A stretch of DNA of 64,000 nucleotides from a virus (lineage: Duplodnaviria; Caudoviricetes). A program made the position numbers and the translations under genes. The stretch covers positions 121,389 to 185,388 of the IMG/VR virus record IMGVR_UViG_3300028833_000064. One strand, written 5' to 3'. Of this stretch, positions 56,136 through 64,000 are shown in pieces. The notes under the pieces are model-generated. The model was not told the origin of the DNA. It worked only from the letters and a program-made list of their open reading frames with translations, and made no database searches. The first letter of the stretch is position 1. Every line of letters starts with the position of its first letter.

Positions 56136-58103
56136 TTATGTATATAATGTTGTCTTACTTCTAAAGAACTCATTAAAATCATTAGTTTGTTGTCTTACCT
56201 CTATGTTCATGTTCATAAAATCGTTGTTGTCATATACATTACTAAACTTTTCATCGAGTTTTGTTTCAAACAATTTAGCGATTTCCTCGTTTCCTTCCTC
56301 ATACATAACTTCTTCCATCATAACATCGAAATACGGATGGTCAAATATGGCTGTCAAATCCACTACACTCATTGCAAGGTCATCGTGGTCACGACTTGCT
56401 TTCCATGTGTTTCCGACTTTGGAAAAAACTTCAAACTCACCAACCGTGTCATCGTCTGTCACAATTATTCCGTCTGAAGCAATTAATCCTTTTAGATTCA
56501 TACACATAATTGGTTTGTTGTTTCCGTTGACTTTCAAACCATATTTTCTTTGTTTAGATTCTTCTGAATGTTTGAACTTCAATATTGTGGAAATATCAAA
56601 ATTGTTCTTGTCACCAAAAACGTTCTGTAACTGAAATAAAAACTCACCACCGAAAGCATTGTATTCACACACGATTCTTATTTTATCTGAGTTCATTACT
56701 TTTGTGACAATTATGTATACAAGTTTGGCGAGAGTCTGGATATCTGTTGTGTTGGATTTGAATCTTCCAACTTGTATGAATTGGAAGAAATCCGACTTTT
56801 TGTACTCGTCTGATTTTACATCTATATTTTTTATCAGTTCTTTTGGTTTTGCCTGAAGTCTGAAGAAATTCAATATTGAGTTGTCACCACCACCTCCTTC
56901 TGAAAGGTCGATTGACAATCCCCACACATATTTCGGATTCTTTAAATCCTCTACATTGAAATCCGGTTTCCATTTTAGATTTCTAAATTCTTCATCCCAG
57001 TTTTTTTCAAGTTCCTGTATTTCTTTGAAGACGTATTTTACCCTACCTTTTTGTAGTTTTGCAAGTGAATCTGGAGACAACAATGTGTTACCGGTTGATA
57101 AGAATGAGTTTCCATATTGTCTCATAAACTCATCCTCACCACCACAGTCGAATATCATTTTTTCTTTCCACTTTTCATCTCGACCAGGAACCTGCCACCA
57201 ATCAACTCTGATTGGATGGTATGAATTTTTACCATCGATTGCTCCCTGCCATATATCGAAGAATTTATTGTATCCGTTTGGTGTGGATGTAATTATAATC
57301 TTTGAATCCTCCATCGAAGAAACAGTAGGCATGATGTTTTCATAAAACTCATCAAGTATGTGTGGTTCCACATGGGCGAACTCATCGAGATACAACATGT
57401 GGATTGTATAACCGATAAATGAACGTTTCGTTGTGGCCTGTGCTTCTATACGACAACCATTTGCAAACGACATCTTACTGATGTTGTTTATTTTGACGCC
57501 TGGTTTCATAAAGAAAGGAAGATAATTCATCATTTCTTTTATTTTATCCATGATTTCCGTCGCCGTGGCGAATTTGTTACCGGCAATGGCCACATGTCTG
57601 TCGTAGTTGAAGATGATATAGTGCAGTATGAATACGGCAGCGATAACCGTGTTGTGGTTTAATATATTGTTACCATAGTATGAATGGTCATCTGAGTCGA
57701 CCGTAACGTCGTACATGGAAACTTTGTGTTTTGACTTTGTGACAGACTTGACTTTTGATAATCCGTATTTTGTTATTACCAAGTCATCAGTTGTAAGGTC
57801 TTTTACAAATTTTTGTTCAAATCCTTTACAAAATACTATATGGTTGTCTGCACACTCCAATTTGTCACCGGATTCAAGAACCAGTGTGTATATATGATAA
57901 GGTTGTGTTTTATGTATGTGTGTTATTGGATGATAACCATCGTGTGACAAAACCATAAGACCTTCGTCGGATATATCTATGGTGTCTATAATTTTTTTAC
58001 TTATGTCATCTTCATCCAATTCTAAATTCCTGTACTCGAATTTTTCTATCAATTCAATAAGGAAAAGTATAATTTGTTTTAAGAATTTTTTCATAATTGT
58101 CAT
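56136..58103 (-). CDS. terL: terminase large subunit C-part with split-intein C-fragment
   Basis: ~150-aa IntC (ECADNH...MYDVTV...YYGNNILNHN|T); extein LYLDEFAH, ITSTPNG, DLSEG, HDDL (T4 gp17-like). Confidence 0.9.
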   Translation of the reverse strand: MTIMKKFLKQIILFLIELIEKFEYRNLELDEDDISKKIIDTIDISDEGLMVLSHDGYHPITHIHKTQPYHIYTLVLESGDKLECADNHIVFCKGFEQKFVKDLTTDDLVITKYGLSKVKSVTKSKHKVSMYDVTVDSDDHSYYGNNILNHNTVIAAVFILHYIIFNYDRHVAIAGNKFATATEIMDKIKEMMNYLPFFMKPGVKINNISKMSFANGCRIEAQATTKRSFIGYTIHMLYLDEFAHVEPHILDEFYENIMPTVSSMEDSKIIITSTPNGYNKFFDIWQGAIDGKNSYHPIRVDWWQVPGRDEKWKEKMIFDCGGEDEFMRQYGNSFLSTGNTLLSPDSLAKLQKGRVKYVFKEIQELEKNWDEEFRNLKWKPDFNVEDLKNPKYVWGLSIDLSEGGGGDNSILNFFRLQAKPKELIKNIDVKSDEYKKSDFFQFIQVGRFKSNTTDIQTLAKLVYIIVTKVMNSDKIRIVCEYNAFGGEFLFQLQNVFGDKNNFDISTILKFKHSEESKQRKYGLKVNGNNKPIMCMNLKGLIASDGIIVTDDDTVGEFEVFSKVGNTWKASRDHDDLAMSVVDLTAIFDHPYFDVMMEEVMYEEGNEEIAKLFETKLDEKFSNVYDNNDFMNMNIEVRQQTNDFNEFFRSKTTLYT

Positions 58104-59284
58104 TCTGTTAAGAAATCAATACATTTTTGTATCGTTCCTTCTTTGTCTTTTCGGTATTCTGATTCCCAAATAACCAAAACCTTGTATCCATGAGATTCGG
58201 CACATTTTATTTTAATGGAATCTATTTCCCATTTATCTTTTGCATATATCTTTGATATTTGATTGAAAAAATCAGATTTATATTCACTCGGATTCATATG
58301 CCAAAAATCACCATTGAATTCTATAATTTTGTTTCTATATGAGAAATCATACATAAAAATTCTGTTTGAACATCTATCTTCTGAAACATTTGTTAATTTC
58401 AATTGGGTTGTTAAATAAGACATTGTTTCAGATTCATCAATAATATCGTTGTTTTCTAACAATTTATTAACAAATTCGATTTCACATTTTGAGTATATAT
58501 TACTGTTTTGAGATTTCGGAGCTTTACTAAATTCACCATTTCTATATTTTTCTTCAATCTTTTTCGACCATTTTTCTTGTCTTTCTTTCCATCTTTTCAA
58601 CCCCTCTTCTTCACCATATTTTTCAATACATTTTTCAAGCGTGAATGTCTTTTGTCTTTCAGAAACTATCTTTTTTGCATCTTCTTCGGAATATCCTTTT
58701 TTTATCCAATATCCAATTTGTGATGTCACACGGTCCTTTCTGTCATACTGACGATATGAATTTATTTTACTATCTATCTCATATTCACTCATACCTTCAT
58801 ATCCTTTGAACGATTTTGAAAACGGTGAAATAGACTTTCTTTGTTCTTCAGTTGTGTTACATTTTGCATTGGGATTCTTTTCACCGGAAAATCTTTCGGA
58901 AAAAAGTTTTTTCATTTCTGGTCTATTCATGGACTTTGTGGTACTTTCAGAAATCATATTGTGTGTCTTTTCACACACAAGTTTAGCATCCGGAAATTCT
59001 TGTAAGTATTCCTCTATTGTCCTTCCTGGATGTCTTTCATTAAACCATCTTCCGGTAATTCTTGTAGTGGGAAGACCATTCCATCGGTCAATCACATAAT
59101 CCACGTTCTCCACACCTTTCAGCAGTTTGTTTTGTTTTGCAATAAGTCTCGCTTCGTTGTTTCTTTTTCTTTTTTCTTCTTTTACAATAATTGAACATTC
59201 ATCACAGAAATGAACATAACCAGATGATGCTTCAAATTCTTTTCCACATCTTTCACAAATTTTTTTACAGACTTTTTTACTCAT
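58100..59284 (-). CDS. free-standing homing endonuclease (Vsr/PD-(D/E)XK type)
   Basis: Zn finger, FSGEKNP NUMOD-like motif, YDF..IIEFNGDFWH...D..K...GYKVLVIWE. Confidence 0.8.
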   Translation of the reverse strand: MSKKVCKKICERCGKEFEASSGYVHFCDECSIIVKEEKRKRNNEARLIAKQNKLLKGVENVDYVIDRWNGLPTTRITGRWFNERHPGRTIEEYLQEFPDAKLVCEKTHNMISESTTKSMNRPEMKKLFSERFSGEKNPNAKCNTTEEQRKSISPFSKSFKGYEGMSEYEIDSKINSYRQYDRKDRVTSQIGYWIKKGYSEEDAKKIVSERQKTFTLEKCIEKYGEEEGLKRWKERQEKWSKKIEEKYRNGEFSKAPKSQNSNIYSKCEIEFVNKLLENNDIIDESETMSYLTTQLKLTNVSEDRCSNRIFMYDFSYRNKIIEFNGDFWHMNPSEYKSDFFNQISKIYAKDKWEIDSIKIKCAESHGYKVLVIWESEYRKDKEGTIQKCIDFLTE

Positions 59285-59817
59285 AATTTTCTATAAATTT
59301 TAAACAATATTGATTTTAACTTTGATAAAAAACCTTTTTTTCTATCTAAATAAAGTTCTTCAATATATTTATGAAAATTATTTTTATTTTTTTGTAACTC
59401 TAACTTGTTGATAATAGAGCACTTACCAATTTGCCTGCAACTTAACGTAATATTGAAACGATTTTTATCGTATGCTTCCAGCATTTCTTCTTGGTAGTCT
59501 CTCAAAGTAAGTGGTTGATAACCCTTGCTGCCTTGCAGACACCAGCAATAATTATTTGCAAAATAGAAGATATCATTGGCACATTTTGTCAATTCTTGTA
59601 TTTCTTCCGGTGTATACTCAAAGACTATATCAGGATTCCTTATACCTATCTGACCGTCCAGCCATGGGTTGTCCTTGTGGGCATAACCTTCTGAATATTC
59701 TTTCATCCATTCATCAACTTTCTTTGATGACCAGACTGTTTTTTTGTTTATGTTGTTTGTGGATTTTATATTTTTTTTACCGATAGAAATACTACCATCA
59801 TCCTTAATTCTTCCCAT
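59281..59817 (-). CDS. terL: terminase large subunit N-part with split-intein N-fragment
   Basis: KCANDIFYFANNY...LRDYQ...RQIGK|C plus 46-aa IntN. Confidence 0.9.
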   Translation of the reverse strand: MGRIKDDGSISIGKKNIKSTNNINKKTVWSSKKVDEWMKEYSEGYAHKDNPWLDGQIGIRNPDIVFEYTPEEIQELTKCANDIFYFANNYCWCLQGSKGYQPLTLRDYQEEMLEAYDKNRFNITLSCRQIGKCSIINKLELQKNKNNFHKYIEELYLDRKKGFLSKLKSILFKIYRKL

Positions 59818-59849
59818 AAATATCTTATATAATTTTAAATATTTATGTT

Positions 59850-60185
59850 ATGAAATACGTAATAGACAATAGAACAGGGGGAATGGTACAAAAAAGAGAT
59901 GAAAGTATATATTTTGCCGGTAGTCAAGGTGGTGGTTTGATTGTTGATGACAAGAAAAATAATGTGAAATATATCATAGAAAGAGATGAAACTATAACTT
60001 GGTTATTTTCAACAAGAAAAGATACACATCTTTATGATATGAGAGATGCAAAAATTATTGCAGACCGTGTATTAAGAAAATTTGGAGGTAAGAACAAATA
60101 CAAAGATTTTAGATATTTTGCAAAAGGGATGAGAGCAGTTGATGAAAATAACGAGGTTGAAGAAAATAAAAATATTGATGAATAA
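59850..60185 (+). CDS. hypothetical protein
   Basis: 111 aa ORF. Confidence 0.6.
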   Translation: MKYVIDNRTGGMVQKRDESIYFAGSQGGGLIVDDKKNNVKYIIERDETITWLFSTRKDTHLYDMRDAKIIADRVLRKFGGKNKYKDFRYFAKGMRAVDENNEVEENKNIDE

Positions 60186-60187
60186 AA

Positions 60188-61042
60188 ATGGGAATACTTA
60201 AAACTATAACAGAAGAATATTTCGGTGATACAATAAGAAAAGAAGACGAGATAGACATAGAAGGTCTCGATGTTGAAATAGTTTCTTTCACCGACAATAA
60301 TGGTAATATTCATAGAAGAGGTTATAAACCGAAAGATAAGAAAATTTTGAAAAAATTATTGAAAAGAATGATTAAAGTAAGGGGTGATGAGGGTGACTTC
60401 AACGATATAGACACTTCCGATATTACAGATATGTCTTTTTTATTTGATGAAAAAGAAAGATTCAATGGTGACATTTCGGGTTGGGATGTTTCAAATGTTG
60501 AAAATATGGAATTTATGTTTAATAAAGCTCGCTCTTTCAATCAACCTATTGGGAAATGGAGATTTCCGAAATGTAAAAATTTAACTCAAATGTTTTCTTG
60601 TGCATATTCTTTCAACCAACCAATTGGTGAATGGGAGTTTCCAAATGTTGTGACTTTGGAGTCTATGTTTGCTGCCGAAGATTATGATTTTGAACGAATG
60701 AATTTCAATCAACCTATTGGAAATTGGAAGTTTCCGAAGGTCGAAAATATGAGAGCCATGTTTGCTAATTGTTATGTTTTCAATCAACCTATTGAAAAAT
60801 GGGAGTTCCCAAAATGTAGCAATATGTGTTTTATGTTTTTTAATGCAATACGTTTTAATCAGCCAATTGGTAATTGGGATGTTAGTAATGTTAAAGACAT
60901 GAATGGTATGTTTGAAGAGGCAGATTCTTTTAATCAAGATTTATCAAAATGGAATTTAATTGGAAAGGAAACAATTAATATGTTTGATAATTGTCCTATC
61001 AAAAAAGAATACAAACCAAAGATGAAACCTAATATAGAATAA
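60188..61042 (+). CDS. DUF285/BspA-like repeat protein
   Basis: same family; W.FP repeat variant. Confidence 0.88.
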   Translation: MGILKTITEEYFGDTIRKEDEIDIEGLDVEIVSFTDNNGNIHRRGYKPKDKKILKKLLKRMIKVRGDEGDFNDIDTSDITDMSFLFDEKERFNGDISGWDVSNVENMEFMFNKARSFNQPIGKWRFPKCKNLTQMFSCAYSFNQPIGEWEFPNVVTLESMFAAEDYDFERMNFNQPIGNWKFPKVENMRAMFANCYVFNQPIEKWEFPKCSNMCFMFFNAIRFNQPIGNWDVSNVKDMNGMFEEADSFNQDLSKWNLIGKETINMFDNCPIKKEYKPKMKPNIE

Positions 61043-61043
61043 T

Positions 61044-61871
61044 ATGGGAATACTTAAAACTATAACCGATGAATATTTCGGTGAGACGGTAAGAGAAGAA
61101 GACGAGATAGATATAGAAGGTCTTGATGTAGAAATAGTTTCTTTTACAGATAATAACGGAAATTTACATAGAAGGGGATATAAACCTAAAGACACAGATA
61201 ACTTAAGAAAATTATTGGAAAGAATGATTGGAGTGAGGGGTGATGAGGGCGATTTCAACGATATAGATACTTCAGATATTGAAGATATGAACTCGTTATT
61301 TGAAAAAAATAAAACTTTTAATGGGGATATAACTGGTTGGAACGTATCAAATGTTGAAAATATGAGTTATATGTTTCTTAGAGTAAAATTGTTTAACCAA
61401 TCAATCGGTAATTGGGATGTATCAAGTGTTAAAGATATGTCATTTATGTTTTGTGGTGCAGCATCATTCAATCAACCTATCGGTGATTATAATGTATCTA
61501 ATGTTAAATATATGAATTATATGTTTGATGGTGCAAAATCATTCAACCAACCTATTGGTAATTGGAACGTAAGTGGTGTTAAAGAGATGAATGGTATGTT
61601 TAGAAATGCCACATCATTCAATCAACCGATTGAAAATTGGAAGTTTCCGAAAGTTACACATATGAATTCAATGTTCTACAATGCAACATCATTTAACCAA
61701 CCGATTGAAAATTGGAAGTTTCCGAAAGTTAAAGATATATCATGGATATTTGCTGGTGCAAAATTATTCAATCAAGATTTATCAAAATGGGATATTTCAA
61801 ATATTAAGAAAAAGGAACTAATGTTTTTAAATTGTCCGATAAAAGATGAATATAAACCAAAGATGAAATAA
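61044..61871 (+). CDS. DUF285/BspA-like repeat protein
   Basis: same family; mixed repeat types. Confidence 0.88.
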   Translation: MGILKTITDEYFGETVREEDEIDIEGLDVEIVSFTDNNGNLHRRGYKPKDTDNLRKLLERMIGVRGDEGDFNDIDTSDIEDMNSLFEKNKTFNGDITGWNVSNVENMSYMFLRVKLFNQSIGNWDVSSVKDMSFMFCGAASFNQPIGDYNVSNVKYMNYMFDGAKSFNQPIGNWNVSGVKEMNGMFRNATSFNQPIENWKFPKVTHMNSMFYNATSFNQPIENWKFPKVKDISWIFAGAKLFNQDLSKWDISNIKKKELMFLNCPIKDEYKPKMK

Positions 61872-61872
61872 T

Positions 61873-62697
61873 ATGGGAATACTTAAAACTATAACTGAAG
61901 AATATTTCGGTGATACAATAAGAAAAGAAGATGATATAAACACAGACGGTCTTGATATAGAAATAGTTTCTTTTACCGACAATAATAAAATATTTCATAA
62001 AAAAGGATATAAGCCTAAAGATAAAGATAACTTGAAAGAATTATTGAAAAGAATGATTGAGGTTAGAGGTAATGATGGTGACTTCAATGATATAGACACT
62101 TCCAATATTAAAAGTATGAACTCGTTATTTTATGAAATAGAAAGATTTAATGGTGATATTTCTGGTTGGGATGTATCTAATGTTATAATTATGAGTAATA
62201 TGTTTTATGGTGCAACATCATTCAACCAACCAATAGGAAAATGGAATGTTTCAAATGTTGAATGGATGAATGGTATCTTTAAAGATGCAACATCATTCAA
62301 CCAACTTATTGAAAATTGGGATGTTTCAAATGTTAGAATTATGAGTAATATGTTTAAAGGTGCAACATCATTCAACCAACCAATAGGAAAATGGAATGTT
62401 TCAAATGTTGAAGATATGTGTTATATGTTTTCTGGTGCAGAATCATTCAACCAACCAATAGGTGATTGGAATGTATCAAAAGTTATAGATATGTGTTGTA
62501 TGTTTGATAGTGCAACATCATTCAATCAACAAATAGGAAATTGGAATGTTTCAAATGTTGAAAATATGAATTATATGTTTTTTGATGCAATATCTTTTAA
62601 TCAAGATTTATCAAAATGGTATTTAAATGGAAAGAGAATATCAGATATGTTTTATAATTGTCCTATCAAAAAAGAATACAAACCAAAGATGAAATAA
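61873..62697 (+). CDS. DUF285/BspA-like repeat protein
   Basis: same 25-aa repeats and N-terminus. Confidence 0.88.
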   Translation: MGILKTITEEYFGDTIRKEDDINTDGLDIEIVSFTDNNKIFHKKGYKPKDKDNLKELLKRMIEVRGNDGDFNDIDTSNIKSMNSLFYEIERFNGDISGWDVSNVIIMSNMFYGATSFNQPIGKWNVSNVEWMNGIFKDATSFNQLIENWDVSNVRIMSNMFKGATSFNQPIGKWNVSNVEDMCYMFSGAESFNQPIGDWNVSKVIDMCCMFDSATSFNQQIGNWNVSNVENMNYMFFDAISFNQDLSKWYLNGKRISDMFYNCPIKKEYKPKMK

Positions 62698-62717
62698 TTT
62701 TTGTTATCTTTATTTGT

Positions 62718-64000
62718 ATGAAGAAAGATGTTAATGAAATTTACAAAACACTGTCTGATATAGACCACACACTTTTAAGACCGGCGTCGTTTCTTGGAAG
62801 TGTTGTTTCAGAGAAGTCAAATCAATATATCCTCGAAGACGGAAAGTTTGTGTTGAAAGAGGTATTGTATAATCCAGGTTTCCACAAATTATTCGATGAG
62901 ATTATATCAAACTCTGTAGATGAGAGTAAACGTCCTAATACAAAACTTAATATAATAAAGGTTGAGATAGACAAGACAAATGGAACAATATCTGTATTTG
63001 ACAACGGTGGTATTCCTGTTGAGATGCATAAGGACACAAAGATGTATGTTCCACAGATGATTTTTGGAAATTTGAGAAGTTCATCCAACTATAACGATGA
63101 GGAAGACAGAAGTTGGGTTGGTGTGAATGGTCTTGGAAGTAAGATTTCAAATATATTCTCCACATCGTTCAGAGTGGAGACTGCCGACAGTAAAAAGAAG
63201 TTTGAGATGGAGTGGACTAATAATATGAAGAAACATTCAAAGGAGAAAATCACATCCACTTCAAAACACTTCACAAGGATAACATATACACCGGAACTCT
63301 CACGTTTCGGCATGAAGGAAATATCAGATGATGATATAAGGATTATGGAAAAGAGGGTGTATGAGATTGCAGGATGCAACCCAAAACTCACCATATTCTT
63401 CCAAGGTAAGAAAATTATGATAAACTCGTTCAAGGACTACTGCAATATGTATCTTGATGAGAGCAATCCACTTATTTACATAGAAAACAAAGATTGGCAG
63501 GTCGGTGTTGCATTGAGCACAACCGGTAACTTCCAACACGTGAGTTATGTCAACTCGGTTTATACATATGATGGTGGAAACCACCTTGTTTATATACTTG
63601 ACCAGATAACCCCATATTTGAGGGAGAAAATCTCAAAGAAATACAAGACCGATATTCTACCCGGTCAGATAAAGAACCATATTTTTCTTTTTGTAAATTC
63701 AACTATAATTAGACCGAGTTTCTCTTCACAGACGAAAGAGAAACTGATTTCCGATGTCAAGAATTTCGGAACGTCGATAGAGTTGAATGAGAAGTTCCTT
63801 GCACAGATTTACAAGAGTGAAATAACAAACTCAATCACTGATTGGTTGGATAAAAAGAAAATGGCTGACGACAGTAAGGCGGAGAGAGAGGCAAACAAGA
63901 CTATTGCAAAGGTAAAGGTTGAAAAACTTGTTGATTGTAAATGGGCGGGTACCTTAAAAAAGAGTAAGACTTCGTTGTCAATCACTGAGGGCGACTCGGC
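62718..64000 (+). CDS. type II DNA topoisomerase ATPase subunit (partial, runs off window)
   Basis: H.LLRP..F.GS, KLFDEIISNSVDE, DNGGIP, SSNY.D, G.NGLG.K, QTKE, ITEGDS. Confidence 0.92.
   Translation, partial: MKKDVNEIYKTLSDIDHTLLRPASFLGSVVSEKSNQYILEDGKFVLKEVLYNPGFHKLFDEIISNSVDESKRPNTKLNIIKVEIDKTNGTISVFDNGGIPVEMHKDTKMYVPQMIFGNLRSSSNYNDEEDRSWVGVNGLGSKISNIFSTSFRVETADSKKKFEMEWTNNMKKHSKEKITSTSKHFTRITYTPELSRFGMKEISDDDIRIMEKRVYEIAGCNPKLTIFFQGKKIMINSFKDYCNMYLDESNPLIYIENKDWQVGVALSTTGNFQHVSYVNSVYTYDGGNHLVYILDQITPYLREKISKKYKTDILPGQIKNHIFLFVNSTIIRPSFSSQTKEKLISDVKNFGTSIELNEKFLAQIYKSEITNSITDWLDKKKMADDSKAEREANKTIAKVKVEKLVDCKWAGTLKKSKTSLSITEGDS

Noticed and set aside
47856-62697. Diversity-generating retroelement targeting DUF285 genes
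   Set aside because: No reverse transcriptase or non-coding template repeat in the window; differences do not appear adenine-specific.
62718-64000. T4 gene-60-type bypass in the topoisomerase
   Set aside because: The frame is open to the window edge; the relevant region lies outside the window.

Overview
AT-rich segment of a large T4-like (jumbo/'huge') phage, probably of a Bacteroidota host (repeated TTTG-N19-TAnnTTTG promoters). It appears to use the standard genetic code. 1-11.9 kb: densely packed small minus-strand hypothetical genes. 12.0-25.4 kb: a minus-strand RNA-gene island with about 32 uninterrupted tRNAs, two tRNAs with group I introns (Tyr-GUA, Leu-UAA), a tRNA-Trp with a short non-group-I insert, a circularly permuted two-piece tmRNA, several tRNA-like RNAs and large ncRNA candidates. 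It also holds a repeated 'stem + ACAGCAA' RNA module, found both free-standing and inserted inside four tRNAs. 26-46 kb: RNA end-healing/sealing genes (CCA-adding enzyme, three RNA ligases, PNK, 2H and metallo-phosphoesterases, one with a candidate 5-nt ribosomal hop), C5 methyltransferase, NADAR, ClpP, Gmk, GNAT and DnaJ. 46-64 kb: virion/baseplate genes, seven DUF285/BspA-like paralogues, a terminase large subunit fractured by an atypically split intein plus a free-standing endonuclease, and the start of a type II topoisomerase. All RNA calls were folded by eye, with no covariance-model searches.
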